Shown: in pieces, positions 1 through 13,343 of the stretch | Numbering within the stretch: the first letter of the stretch is position 1 | How the letters are laid out: every line of letters begins with the position of its first letter | Assembly: GCA_001643675.2 (NCBI GenBank) | Contig: LSRY02000037.1 | Location: forward strand, 558,001-622,000 | Source: Monocercomonoides exilis PA203 | Taxonomy: Eukaryota; Protista; Preaxostyla | Length of the DNA stretch: 64,000 bases | Reading direction: 5' to 3' | Translations under genes and position numbers: made by a program | Notes under the pieces: generated by a model | Told to the model about the DNA's origin: nothing | Seen by the model: the letters and a program-made list of their open reading frames with translations, nothing else | Database searches by the model: none

Positions 1-722
1 AAGCCAGTCTGGAGTCCTAACGCTGCTTACGCTAATTTCCGCTTCTGCGTCCGTAATTTCTGAATCAAGTCTTCCAGAAACAGAAGGAAAAGCAACACAA
101 GAAAAAAGAACAGAAGAAGAAACAGACTCAGACCTTCATGAAAGGGCTGCTGAAGTTTTTCATTGCATTTTCGGTCAAGAACAAAATAAATCCATATTTT
201 TTCTGCAGCTTCCTTCTATTTCTGTGGAAAATTTCGAACAAGAATATGCGCTTCAGGATCTGAGCCCAGCATAGCCGCCAGCACCTCACCTTTTCCAAAA
301 ATCTGCTTATTGGTTTAATGATGCGTTGGATTCTGCGGGATATAAAATTGAGCTGTGTTGGTGTCAGGCTTTCAAGGCTCAGCTTTTGAACTTTGTGGGC
401 TCAGACGCTCATCAGGAAAGAGCACGATGGGGAGCTGATGCGTTTCTGCTTATTGCAAAAGCTTAACAGTAGGTGAGAACAACCAGTCTACATGGAAGAT
501 TTGGTTTCGGATGGAAGAGCAGATGAAATCACAGAACGTAACGGGATAATTAACCGAACTGCAGGAACAGAATACAAAGGAGATACGATTAACTACAACC
601 TCATCAACCTCTGGAAAAGTGACGAGGAGAATGTCAACAATTTCCATATAATCAAAAGGAGAAAGGAGCACAACAACATAGGTTTTCCCAAACAGATATA
701 ACACTGGTCCAAGAAAGATCTG

Positions 723-1727
723 GTGCTCACAGTTTTTTCGGAGAGGACCCCGCTCACAGGCAACACGAGGAGGAAAGCGGCAAAGAAATGGATGGACCAC
801 AACGAACTGGAGATACTACAGCCGAAGTCGGGGTCAACAATAGAGAGGGAAGATGGAGCGAGGAAAGGAACCATGGGTAGGACAAGGATTGGAGGAAGAA
901 TGGAGTTTTTCATAGAAGCTTGGGAAAAAATTGGTGGTGCCAAGTTGATCAAACAGGGCGTACATGCGATGTGGAAAAGCAAACACATGAGAAAAAAACT
1001 AAGGGATATGCCATTCAGAGATGGAGCCGTTCACTCAAACGAAGAACAAAGAAAGGCGTTCGCAGATCTTCTAAAGGAACAGATAGAGACAGGAATTGTG
1101 GAGGAGATAAGGCCAGAAGAGGTAAGGCACAGAAACAACGTGTTCTTGATCAAAAAGAAATCGGGAGCATGGAGGCAGATACTGGACTGCAGGAGATTGA
1201 ACGCAGCCTTGATAAAGACACACTTCAAGTGCGACAACGAAAAGACAGTGGAGCGTGTTCTGAGAGGACAAGATTACGCAGTTACAGTGTATTTACAACA
1301 GGCCTACTATCTGCTTCCGGTTTCCAAAGACCTAAGACCATTTTTTGCTTTCAGATTTTCCGGAAAAGACCACACATTAAAAGGAATGCTGTTTGGTTTT
1401 GTGGATGCTCCGAGTATTTTCACTCACGCGATGAGGAAGGTGACTTCAGAAATCAGGAAACGATGGGACGTTCGTGTAATCGCATATATAGACGATTTCC
1501 TTATGTTTCACGAGAACAAGGAACACTTTGCACAAGTCTCGAAGGAGATCATCGAACTTCTGAAGGAGCTCGGTCAGCTGGAAAACCAGGAGAAAAGCCA
1601 GTTGATACCAAGTAGAAGGTTTTCTTTCCTTGGCTTCGAGTGTGACTCGTCGAAGATGAAGGTTCGGCTTGCAAGAGACAGAAGAGAAGCACTGATTCGC
1701 TTGAGTTGCTTAAAGGAAAATGATTGA
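723..1727 (+). pseudogene. Reverse transcriptase of DIRS element A
   Basis: FLIKKKSGAWRQILDCRRLN, GMLFGFVDAPSIFT and YIDD motifs. First catalytic Asp apparently mutated (TVYLQQAY). Premature stop at 1725-1727. Confidence 0.92.
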
Positions 1728-1886
1728 GTGAAAGCAAGAATCGTGAAAGTGAAAAATCTTGCTCTTTTTGTTGGAAAATTCAACGCTGTTCGGTTTGTTC
1801 AGCTAAACGCTTCTCTATGGCTTCACTCCATGCATCGTTTGCTCCAGAAAGGAATAAAGTGAAGAGGATGGAAATGCAAATTAAAG

Positions 1887-2342
1887 TTGAATGCTTCAAT
1901 CCTGCAGCAGATTCTGCAATGGATATCGAAGTTGAGAGCACACCCAAGACGCAGGCTTATCCCAGTATTTTCCCCGGGTGCAACGCTTTCAACGGATGCA
2001 TCGGGGACGGCTTGGGGAGCATCTCTTCACTTGAACAACCAGCTCCTCGATGCACACAATCCGTTCCCCCACCGAGTGAGTAAGCAATCGTCCAATTTCA
2101 GAGAACTAATGGCAGTATTTCTTGCTCTGGTCCACTTCTCACCAACTCTTTGGAAACATCATGTGTATTTGATTCACCTTCGATCGGACAACACATCCGT
2201 GGTGTTCAACATAAACAGATGGAATGCAAGGAAGAGGCTTCAACTAGTGCTGAGGAAATTATGGAGACTCAAACAAGATCTAGGCATAGAGTTGAGAGCG
2301 TCACATGTTCCAGGTGTGCTGAACACAAGAGCAAATGCGTAA
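1887..2342 (+). pseudogene. RNase H of DIRS element A
   Basis: STDASGTAWGA, SNFRELMAV, LRSDNTSVV and HVPGVLNTRANA*SR, typical DIRS RNase H motifs; internal stop. Confidence 0.9.
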
Positions 2343-2843
2343 TCACGACTGGAGAGAGCAGGAGACTACGAGGTGCAGGACGAAGAATGGGAAAAGATAA
2401 TGACGAAACTCAACATTGTTCCAACGCTTGATGCGTTTGCAGCGCAACACAACCGCAAAGTGGGAAGATGGTGCGGAGTTTGAAGTTAACTTGTTGAAGA
2501 CGGACTGATGTTTCCCTGGAAGAACGAAGTCGTGTTAGCTCATCCATCGATCCCTCTTGTGATTCCAACGATCCAGCAAGTACGTCAGGAGAAAACACAA
2601 GTGATATTACTCCTGCCGAATTGGAAGGGACAGAATTGGGAGAGCTTGTTAAGGTCCATTCCCCGTTTTGAATGGACTTGGAAGAATCAAAAGGAGGTTC
2701 TGTGGAAGTGTCCATCGATGCAATGGAAAGGTGCGAGTCTTCCACCAGGTCGATTGAGTATAATCTGGCTGAATGCACCTTTCGCGATGGAGAACAATGG
2801 CGGAAGAATGCATTGGAACAAAAATCAGTCCCTTTCTCGTTAG
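2343..2843 (+). pseudogene. Dam-like N6-adenine methyltransferase domain of DIRS element A
   Basis: Continues in frame from RNase H: GDYEV...LDAFAAQHNRK...DGLMFPWKNEVVLAHPSIPLV...LLLPNWKGQNW. Matches the DIRS MT domain (D(L/A)FA..N and NPPF-like motifs). Contains stops. Confidence 0.75.
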
Positions 2844-4093
2844 CAGAAGAGTGCAGAGCAAGCATTTCGAGGAGCACATGGAGAGGATATCTGTATGGAT
2901 TTGCTCATTTTGGAAAACAATGGAAAGAGTGTGGACATGGAAGAATTCCAGATTCTATTCAGGAGTGGGCCGCATGTTGTGCAAATGTGTTTCCATCGCT
3001 TAGGAACGGTGGCACGAAGTTAACTTGCCTTCAGTTGACAAGGTCAGCATTATCGCTTTAATCCAACAATGTATTCTTTTCCTTCCTTTAAGATATCCCT
3101 ATCATTCGTACCCTTTTCAGATCATTCTGAAGGACAGACGAGTCAAGGAAAAAGAAGACAGGAGACATTTGGAATCCTCGAATAGTGCTTGAGTATTTTT
3201 CTGGACTGGGACCAAATGAAGGACTAAGTTTCAAACAGCTCACGATGAAAGTTATTGTCCCAACGATGTTGTTTTCCGCTTGTAGATTCATGGAGCTTGA
3301 GAGGATCAATATGTTGGAAAGCAGGCTCGAGGAGGAAGGTGTGTATCTGCACACAAAGTTGAAGACCTCAAACACACGCACAGAGATTGCTGTTCCATTC
3401 TTGACAGAACTGAGTTTGATTTGTCTTGCATCAGCTATCCAGGAATTGTGGAAGAGAGTGCAGGAGAAAAACAGACACACAGACAAGTGACTTTTGAACA
3501 CAGAGAACTTCCACTCGCTATCTGTAGAAGAAATTCGGAAGATTGCCAAAGAAGCAGTATATGCTGCAGGAGTGCCCAAGAGATTCACACCGCACTCGAT
3601 CAAAGCAGCAAGCCTTTCAGCACTGACGATGGCAGGAATTCCCCCAGAACAAGTGGCAAGGTTTGCACGATTGTCCCCACGAACAAACACTTTGGTCAAA
3701 AATTATTTTCGATCAAACCTAGCAATAACAATGGCACGCGTCATTGCCTCTGCAACAAACGATCAAGAAGAAAGAGCGGATGAAGAGGACGCAAATAGCA
3801 CAGACATATGCAGAAGATCCGAAGCAAAGAAGAGAAACGGAAAGGAGAAAACTCCAAAGCCAAAAGTTAATTACTCCATTCGTCAACAAGAAAGTTCAGA
3901 ACAAAGAAGAAAAGAAAAGCAGCCAATGAAGCCCACAAGAGTTGATGAGCCCACTGAAGGGAAAGGAGATACGCCAACACACGGAGAAGAGTTCATAATC
4001 AGAACAAGGGCCCAAATAAGGAAGGAAACAGAGGAAAAGCAAAGGACGATCGCAAAAGCTGTGCTGATGATGGTCTTATCATCTCCCAATTAA
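2672..4093 (+). pseudogene. Tyrosine recombinase of DIRS element A
   Basis: FSACRFMEL (catalytic Arg), PHSIKAA (HxxR-like) and LVKNYF (Tyr), split by stops at ~3061 and ~3490. Confidence 0.85.
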
Positions 4094-4167
4094 CTTAGGT
4101 TCTCAATAATAAGGGAAGGAATTGATAGAAGCTTTTCTTGACAATAAAGGTGCTTATGCACTTTTAT

Positions 4168-4481
4168 TAGGAAAGAAAATCAATTATCAATTCCTTATCT
4201 TTGGCCCACAACCGTTTCACTCCCACCCCTGAAAATAAGTGTCTCGAGCAATGTTGTTATTGTTTATTCCTTTTCTTAGCGTAAACAAAATATGTGATAA
4301 CGCTTGTGTTGTCGGTTAACTCGTTTTTACCGATTGTTGGAAAAGAGGAAAGTTGTTGTGAATGTGTAGATTGCATTTCAAATTTTCCCCCATTTCACAA
4401 CCTTGATCCTCACGGAAGACAACCCATAGATCGTGGTTCTCAATTATTAGATAAGGAATTGATATTCGATTTTCTTTCCTA
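4168..4481. repeat. Inverted pair at 3' end of DIRS A (ICR / right-ITR like)
   Basis: TAGGAAAGAAAATCAATTATCAATTCCTTATCT (4168-4200) is the near-perfect reverse complement of 4449-4481. Adjacent hairpin at 4143-4168. Confidence 0.75.
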
Positions 4482-5650
4482 AAAAAACTTAGAATTTGAC
4501 GAATGCAAATGACAACATCATGGAATCATTTTTCTCATCTTTTCATGCTTTTTCATTTTCAATGCTTGTCGAATCTTTTTTTCCATTTCATCATCATCTT
4601 CTTCTTTGAATTACTCAAGAATACAAGAAAAAAATCCAAGCTATTCAATTCCACCATTGAATCCTATATTTGTCTCTTCATCATCTCCAGAACAACAAAA
4701 AAAGGACATCTGTTCAACAAAGCATCAATTATCACAGCTCTGTCAAATGCTGTTTCTGATCAAAAGATTTATACATCATTTGTATATTTCTCCGTTATTT
4801 TCCTTTGATGATTGCAATAACTTTACATCGACTCCAATAAGCTCAGCAGATTCTTCAATCCAAGATTAGCAATTGTGAAAATAAATTTCCAACATTAAGA
4901 GCCGTCTATTAAAAATTAAATTATCTTCAAATTTTTTTTCTTCTTTTTCTTCTTTCATCTTCCACTCCGCTCAATTTTGCAGCTTTTCCAGTTCTTATAT
5001 TGCTTCTCTCACAAAAGGCAGCTAATTCATGATCAAATCTTCTCAGTTTCTATCATCGTGTAGTCAAATTATCAGAAACTCCTTAGCAAACTGATAAGCA
5101 AGCTTTGTTGGGTTCCGTTGCTTTTGATGATATTCAATGATCTCCTTGATTTTGTTGAAGTTAAGCTTTTAATTAATTTTTTTTTTTTTCGAAAAAAGAG
5201 TGCGAATAATTTCAATAACATTAAAAAAGAAATAACAAAGTTCATACGCAAAGACTCCATGTTGCTCAAAGGCAAGAAATCAATTACCTCTTCTATTTGA
5301 AATTGATATCTTTCCTTCTTGTTCTAAGTGAATTTTGAAAGATGAAAAAGACAAACATGATGTTGATCCTCCTCCTTTTCATCATATAACTGAATATGCA
5401 TTAAAAAGACATGATATAAGCATTTTTTTTGTCTTTTCGTCGTTTTCAAAAATGCAGCTGATATTCATTCACAAATGAAACTCTTCTTTTTTTGGAGAAT
5501 TACAAATAAATCTGTAAAGATTGGATTCATTGAAACAAATTTGAGTATTTATCTTAATATTTTGTATTTTTCACAATAGAATGAATAATAAAAGAGTTAA
5601 TAATTTGATATTGATAGCGAATAAATAAACCTTCAAGAAAAAATCAAAGT

Positions 5651-8272
5651 TTACAGAAGCAACAAAGAGTTTAACGTTTCAATCGAAAGAGAATGCCTTC
5701 GGTCTCCGACTATTCGTTTCAAACGAGAAAAAAGTCTTTCGCACGACACCTCACTGCAAGATGCTGTTACAAGGCAATAACAAATGTTATCGTAGATTGC
5801 GTGAATTTTTCCCAAGGCTGCAATATGGCTGTGAAAACATCTGTTCCTTCAGCTATGGAGAAATCTGAAAGGGCTGCGTTATATTGTTTGAATAACGAAA
5901 GACATCCAATTTTTATATCCTTATTGCATATTGTTAATGCTTTCTCAACGAAATAAGAGAATGATCCAAAAATTCTTCCATACCAATTTGAAGAAATTCT
6001 TTCTTCAATTTTGGTCATAATATTGCAAATCTCTTCTTTGGTATTATCCATTGAATAATTCAATTTATCATTTCCACCCAAAAGAATATCCGCATCCAAT
6101 TCATCGTCTTGTTAATGATAGGATTGTTCCTCTTGTTCGAAAGAAGCTTCTTTTGAAGAAGTTCCTTCTGTATTTTTGAAAGTAATTGAACAATTTGTGG
6201 ATCTTGTTTGATAATGAAAAAATTCAATGCTTTCGTCATTTCCACAAAAATCTTCCTCCAAAAATAAATCATCCTGTTCATCGAAGTTATAAAAGTTAGA
6301 ACAATCTTCTTCGTTCTCTTCGCTTTCTTCATCGTTTTCTTCATCTCTGTATCTATAACTTCGATCGCTGAATAATGTTTCTTCTAAGTCTTAAAGAATT
6401 TGTTGTCATTCATTTATCTGTGAATCAAATGAATCGGATGAGATGCATTCTGATCTCATAGAATTAATTTTAGAAGGCGAAGAAGAAGAAGAAGAAGAGG
6501 GGGAGGAGAAGGAAAAGGAGGAGGAGGAGGAGGAGGAAGAGGATGAAGAAGAATCTTCACTCGTTAATGATTGAAGTTGATTATCTTTCGATGAATTAAC
6601 TTCAGAGAATGCGTGACTAAAATAGATCAAAGAAAGCTGAGATGATACCGAATGAAATTCTTTGGAATTTTCATTGTCTTGTTGATGATCGATAGAAGAT
6701 AAACACAAGCCAGTTGATGAAGCTGAAAGATTAAGAAATATGATTATATAATAATTGTTAAGTGTGATAAGAAGATTTTTGATATATATGAAAATTGACA
6801 GACAATTTTTTGATTGACACAGTTTTTCAAAATGTGCATCACCAAATTTGCCTAATCTGAGCTTTGTTCCTCCTTCTTGCGTAAGAGCATAAGATAAGGC
6901 AATCAAATCTCCTTTTTCTCCAACCAATAAATTATTAAATAAAGTTATCCAAATATGAATTATTGCTCCAACCCATTCACTCGTTTGAAAGTGTTTATTT
7001 TTTAATAATAACTGAAAATAGGACATAGCATCCAATAGTTTAGGAAAAACTGAACAAAGTTTGAAATTGTTGCTTTCAAAAGCTAAATGAAGCTTTTGAA
7101 GAGGATAAAGCAAAATTTCAGTTTTATTGTATTTAAAACCGAAATATTATCCAAGAAATCGTTTTTGACAACTACGTAACGTCTTTTCCTAATGAAAGTG
7201 CAAATATCACTTATGCAAAACCATCTTGTGTAAGTAAATGCAGGACAATTCGATTTAAGTAGTTTTTTCATAGCTATCGAATGTGAATTCATTGGAAACT
7301 CTGTTAAACTTCTTTTTCCATTTTAAGAAATGAATTTTCTTTAAAAGAATGGGAAATAGCCAAATTAATGAGATGATTGCGGCAATAAACGTGGAAAGGC
7401 CAAATCGAAATTGATGATAACGAACATTCGTCTTCCTTTTAATTTGATAATTGTTGCGACTCCATTTTTTGTTGTAGAAATCCATCACTGCACAATGATC
7501 AAACTTCAGCTCCGTAACTCATCACTTCCTTGATGCATGTTTTCGTTAAATTTTCGTAATCTTCACAACTGAGGCAGGGATTTGTTAATTTCCAAAACAA
7601 TGGGATAGAATTTTCAGAGTGAATCTCCAATGTGACAGCTGTGCATTTTTTACCCGCTATTAATCCTTCATCTATCATTAGACCTACGCATTAATCTTCA
7701 ATTGCATTTCCTCTCTCCTGAATTGTTTTCGATTTTCTTTCTTCAATCAAATTAGTAATTTTCGTGGGCATCAGATGAGGAAATATTGAAGAACTTGGAG
7801 TGTCTGTCTGATGTTGTGAGTATTGTATTAGAGTTTTCACAAAAGAATTAAATTCCTTTGATCCTGCAGAAAGAAAAGACAGGTTGCATCGAGAAATAAG
7901 ATTTTAAAACAGATCACATAAAATGTTTGGTTTTTGATTATATTTGTTCTCCGAAGGAAGCACTTCCTTTGCAGTTTTATCTTTTGTTGTTTTTTTTGTC
8001 CAAAACCATTTGTCCAGCATTGTATTTAGTGACGGGAACTTGTGTGATTTGATTGATATCGAATATTCCCTTCCTGAGCAGCCACAAGCCACTTCGTTCT
8101 TTTCACACATACACATAAACATTCGATGACCATCTATTTTTGTTATTCCATCAGGTTTCGCACGATAGAAACAAATCCAAATGTCATTGCACAAAATCAG
8201 AAAATGCAACTTGTTTTTGAATTCATTTTTCTTTGTTGGATGTTTATAACCTTGAAAAGAAACAATAAACAT
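5651..8272 (-). pseudogene. hAT-superfamily transposase, degenerate
   Basis: Minus-strand C-terminus reads CLVTASCSEVSCERLFSRLKRIVGDRRHSLSIETLNSLLLL* (hAT dimerisation motif; stop 5651-5653). Also CPAFTYTRW (TRW motif) and LYPLQKLHLAFESNN...LCSVFPKL. Many stops and frameshifts. Confidence 0.85.
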
Positions 8273-8499
8273 AAATTATGAATCTTTCGATGAATAAGAA
8301 AAAAAAAATTCTATTCATAGCAAACAAACATATAACTTTTTCATTGATAATGATCGATTCAACGTGAACAATCCTGCAATTTGCGTTTTCCAGTTCTTTC
8401 AATTTTCTGTCAATCGAAACACGCTGAACGAAAAGCGGTAAATTTGTATTAATAGATCAAACAAAAACCGAAATATTTCAAGCAAACAATTACGAAATC

Positions 8500-8849
8500 T
8501 TCCAAAGACTTGATGAGGTAAATTGGAAGAGATTTGACGATTGCATCAAAATTTTCAGCCATTTGAACTTTTGTCAGTGACGGTCAATGACTGTCAATGA
8601 CAAATTTGGACTTTGTAATTCCTCAACTGACTTTTTTTGTCATTCAACAATTTGAATATTGGGAGATTGATCTTCAAAAACGTCAAAAAAAATTTCCAAA
8701 AATTCAAAAATTGTTAATTTCTAATTTATTTTTGTTGATTGTGTTATGAAAAATAGAAATATGTAGAAATAATTTTTTTTGACAAATCGATAAAGTCCTG
8801 TCAGTCATTTTGTCATTATTTCAAAATTCTCTTGTCACGTCACAGAGGT
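8500..8849 (-). repeat. Probable 5' terminal region of the hAT, with 10-bp GTCA(G/A)TGAC subterminal repeats
   Basis: GTCAGTGACGGTCAATGACTGTCAATGAC tandem. A diverged inverted homolog lies at 13961-14310, with similarity ending sharply at CACAGAGGT. Confidence 0.6.
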
Positions 8850-8899
8850 GTAATTATAATTTTTTGATTCTTTAAAAATAAAGTGTTAAAAACACAGAT

Positions 8900-9885
8900 C
8901 GCGAAAGGAGCGCTTTTGAACCTATGCCAGATTGCCCTAAATGAAAAAGCAAAAAGAAAATCAGGGAGGAAATAGAAGGATACATTTATCTTTTGTGTCA
9001 AACTTGCAGGAAAAAAAACCTCAATATTTATGAATTCCATTTTATCCAAAATGAAACTTCCGATAAATATAGTTTTGTAGATTTTTTTGTTCTTTTGGAT
9101 TGGAATTGGACTGAAATAAACTCATTTGCTGAATGGTTTTTCATATCCAACAAATGGAAATTAGACAAGTGTTGTTCGAGTTGTGTGTACACAAATTTGG
9201 AACGAAACGATGCCGAAATTAGGAGGACCGGGAAAATACGTCGAAATAGATGAGGCTGTTTGGAGGAGAAGGAAATATGGAAGAGGAAGAAAGAAGGATT
9301 TGCTGTGGATTTTCGGAGGAGTTGAGAGGAAGGAAGGAGGAGGAGCTGGAACAAATATTGTTATCATCGTGCCAGACAGGAAAAAAGAAACATTGATCCC
9401 TATTATTCAAGAAAGGATATTAGCAGGGACAACAATTATTAGTGATGAATGGAAAAACTAAAATTGTCTTAAAGATATTGGTGATGAACATATCAAAGTC
9501 TGTCATATAACGAACTTCAAAAATCCAGAAACAGGTGCATGTATTAATACCTTTGAAGAATTAAGGAGATATTTAATAGGGGTTTTTCTAAATCACGAAA
9601 TTTAATAAAACATTCATTGCAGATTTCTTATCCATGTGGCTTGTTCAATGGAATCTAAAACCAAGTTTTGAAGATATTTAGCAAAAAATGATACATTTTA
9701 TTTTCGAAGAAAAAACAATTATTGCTGATGAAGAAATTGATTTATCTGAAAATGAAGAAATTTCTAATTCTGATGACATTCTGTTTGAGTTGCACAATAC
9801 AGAAATTAAAGAAAATACAAATGGCTTTGACGATGTGGAGAATGCTTCAAAAAATTCTGATGAATATTCAGTAATCTTCAGTTGA
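8900..9885 (+). pseudogene. Merlin / IS1595 (ISXO2-like) DDE transposase, degenerate
   Basis: LGGPGKYVEIDEAVWRRRKYGRGR, WIFGGVER, TLIPIIQERILAGTTIISDEWK, then H..NFKNPETGACINTFE after a stop. Upstream CQTC remnant. Confidence 0.9.
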
Positions 9886-10331
9886 ATAGTCAAAAAAAAT
9901 AACTTTTATTAGTTTTTATTGTACGTTTTCCAACAACTTTTTTTTTAACATTTCAACACTTTATTGATATTTATGAAATCAATTGAAAAAAAAAATAATC
10001 TCAATTTGAAAGTTCCGAAATTATTTTTGTTTGTTAACAATGTTTTCACTAAATTTTCAGACGAGACAGCGTTCATAATATTGCTTTTCGTTCCCGTTAG
10101 AAATAAGGAAAGTCAATTATGGTGTGTTAGCGACGATAAAAAGACTTGCACTGCTTACAAGGATAACTGGGACACATCATGGAGAGTAATTTTTGGAAAA
10201 AGTTATTATGCTGCATTTTCATTTTTCTCAAAGTCAGAAAGATATGGCAAAGATTCAAATAAGTGAAAAGGTGGAGGATTGACACATTCACAAAAGTGTT
10301 CGAATAATTGCTCAATCAATTTTCAACAAAT

Positions 10332-10571
10332 GGGAAATTCTTTTTGAAAAGTCACAAATGTTTAATTTTCAAATAAATCAAAAATTTAATATTTTGCACA
10401 AATTTATGTTTCAGCTCACAAATCTCCTCAAGAATGTCTGAAATAGCATTATCCAGAAATTTATACCATATTAGAGAAGTTTGGTGTATGCAAACAAAAA
10501 TTTGAGCAAAAAAGGAAATATTCAGTAAATTTTAAAAATAAACATTTGCGACTTTTCAAAAAGAATTTCCC
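10332..10571. mobile_element. 240-bp MITE, GGG...CCC termini, ~38-bp TIR, AAAT TSD
   Basis: GGGAAATTCTTTTTGAAAAGTCACAAATGTTTA at left; TAAACATTTGCGACTTTTCAAAAAGAATTTCCC at right; AAAT on both flanks. Confidence 0.85.
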
Positions 10572-12331
10572 AAATACAGGGCGATACTTCAAGAGCTGTT
10601 TCAAAGCCTATATCATCACATATTGATTAAGATTATTGATGTGACAATCCGGAATGAGACAACAATTCGACTATTTCTGAAACATGTAATGGCAGTGGCA
10701 ATCAACAAGCTATTACAAGTAATGTGTTTGGATTGCCCTTTCATATTAACAAGAGAGAGTCAACAAGATTCAAAACTTCCATGAAGCCATTCACATCATC
10801 AATAGATAGGCTGAAACATTAAATTGAAGGGATGCTAATCATAAGCAATTGGAGGTAAAACAATCACAGAAATTTATTTTTTATAAATCATATTTCACAA
10901 AAAAATCAGGAACACATCATGAATATTCATCTTCTTCAAACTCATTATCACACACATTTTCAACATTTGCATTTCCTAATTTTTCAAATAGCTTTATTTC
11001 GAATTAATCAACAAATAACAGACATTTGAATGTTGATTTTTAAATTGAAAAAACACTTTTGTTCCTGACAATCGTATTCGAACGAACATTTTGAAACAAC
11101 AAAAAATACAAAACTTTCATTTTCCAATCAAAATTTCACAAAAGCAGCTTCAAAGAATAATTATTAAATTACAAGTTTTAAAGACTTTCACTACTGCATT
11201 CCAAAAAACAGTTTTTCTTCTCCATCTTTTGCCCACTGCAACAAATCCCACTCATATTCCATTTCACAATCATCAATAACATTTTCCAGAAAACAAAACG
11301 ATTCAGCACAAAAACTTTTCACGTTCAATTCAACAAAAGCCAATGATCCGAAAATGAATTGCAACAATAACAAAATGATTTATGAGAAGATTATGAGGAA
11401 TTCAATTTTCGGAAAAGAAGGATCTTTGGAAGAGAATCAAAAAAATTTCAACGATTATCTCAATGATCAACCTTCAAATGACAATCGATACAAACTGAGA
11501 ATCTTTTCACCAAATGAAAAGAGAATAATTTCTAAACCAAAAGTCCAACTCTGGAAAGAGTTTACAAGTGAAACTAACATTCACATTTCCCTTTCACACT
11601 TTTACAAGTTAACTGTTCATTTCATTAAAGCCAAAAAAAGAAAATTCATGGGTGGACTTTGCAATCAATTTAATTCCTTGAAAAAGAAGTGTCAATCATC
11701 ACAACATTCACTTAAACACACAGAAAATGAAATAAGCACGTTTCGCTTCTTGCAACAACACAGAATAATTGCTGCACTGCAGAGGAAGAATTTCAATGAA
11801 TCAATAAATCTCATTAAAGAGGGAGAAGTTGTTGTTTTTGAATATTTAGAAAAATTGAAACTTCCTCTTCGTAGTATGCAACTCCATCAAGAATTATTCT
11901 CATGCAATCAAATTTTATAATTTACAGTGATAACGTACCAACTTTTGAACAACCAACTCTTTAAAAAAACCTTCAACATCTTTTCTCATTCGCTGAACAA
12001 CAATCACCAATTTGAAACAGACTGTTTAGAATCAGTCCTCAATCGTCCTTTTTACACAAGTTCTCGAATAATAAAATATTTTTGTGATTCTGGCCCGCAC
12101 AATCACAATAAATACGTTTTGAATTTTATTCTCTTTCCTCAAACAAAAGTATTCAGAAACAAAACATGTGAACTTAATTATTTTGCATATCACCACGGAA
12201 AAAGTGTTGTCGACGGTGAATTTGGAACAATGACAAATGCAGTGAACAGTTATCAATGGAATAACGAAATTGAAACACTCGAGGATTTGATTATGTTTTT
12301 TTTTTTTTGAACATGCAATTTTAGATATTTT

Positions 12332-13343
12332 GGGGATAAAAAGAAATTTCAAGCTTTTTAATTGAAAAACGATTTCCTTTTTATAAACTTTTTTAAAATC
12401 TTAAAAACTCAATAAAAATGAGTCCATTTTTTGACAATGATGTAATGTCAAAATGCTTTATGTATAAATTTGAATGATGTCTGTAACACCAAAAATAATT
12501 CGATTTCGGAATTAATAATTCAAAATCGAAAATTTATAATTCAATTTCGTAATTTATTAATTCGATTTCGAAAAAGAAAAATTCAATTTCGAAAATGAAT
12601 ATTTTTTTGATTTGTGGAATGAATAACTTGTGATTTGGGTTCGAAATTCTCTTTATTTTTATTTCATCAGCAAATTTTGATTATCAATATTTGAAAAATG
12701 ATGCATTTTCATTTCAAAAAAATTCATTCATTTTGAATTCATATTTCTATTATAGATGTTTTTCAAAAAAAAAAAAAAATAAAAGAAAAGGAATTCATTT
12801 TTGTATTAAAAAATTGATGTTTTTCTATTTTAAACTCCAAAGAAACAAAAAAAAAAATATAATTGAGAAAAAATTCTAGTTTATTGTTATTCAATAAATG
12901 GTGACTGATTATTTGCAATTTTTAATTGGGTATTATATAGAATGAATTTTTTTATAATTTTTATTCTTTGAGTGATGATTTTTGAAAATGGATAAAAAAT
13001 TTTTAAAAATCGATTAATTGATTGTTTCATTTTGAAAAAACTGTTTTCTCTGAGTTTTAATATTTGATTGGTGAAAAAATAACTTGAACTTTTCTGAAAT
13101 CCATTCTCGAGAAGAATTAAAAATTTCAGTTTTTAATGAATTTCGAAATTGAAACATTCATTTTCGATATCGAATTATTCTTTTACGAAAATGAATTATT
13201 TTTTTCTAATTTGAATTATTTTTGGTGTAACAAATATGAAAATAAAATTTATTTTGAAAACTGAAAAAGCATTATAAAGTTATGAGAGAAGCAATTTTTT
13301 CATTCTTTGTGCATTAAAAGCTTGAAAGTCCGTATTTTCCCCC
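12332..13343. mobile_element. GGGG-terminated MITE (family of 28645 and 30009 copies) carrying a nested insertion
   Basis: GGGGATAAAAAGAAATTTCAAGCTTTT ... AAAAGCTTGAAAGTCCGTATTTTCCCCC. Removing 12487-13227 gives a ~270-bp unit collinear with the other two copies. Confidence 0.8.
12487..13227. mobile_element. 741-bp non-autonomous TIR element, CACC...GGTG termini, TAA TSD
   Basis: CACCAAAAATAATTC / GAATTATTTTTGGTG TIR, TAA on both flanks, ~21-bp subterminal repeats (AATTCGATTTCG) at both ends. Confidence 0.85.

Larger units (their letters stand above)
1..4481 (+). mobile_element. DIRS-like tyrosine-recombinase retrotransposon A (5' end outside window, decayed)
   Basis: Order gag-like remnant, RT, RNase H, MTase-like, overlapping YR. 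A 33-bp inverted pair at the 3' end (4168-4200 vs 4449-4481) resembles DIRS ICR/ITR. Multiple stops and frameshifts. Confidence 0.9.

Noticed and set aside
9964-10266. Ulp1-like protease fragment (LLFVPV)
   Set aside because: No HW or QxxxxDCG catalytic motifs.
12487-12600. CRISPR-like array from ~21-bp repeats
   Set aside because: No unique spacers, eukaryotic context; these are subterminal repeats of a TIR element.
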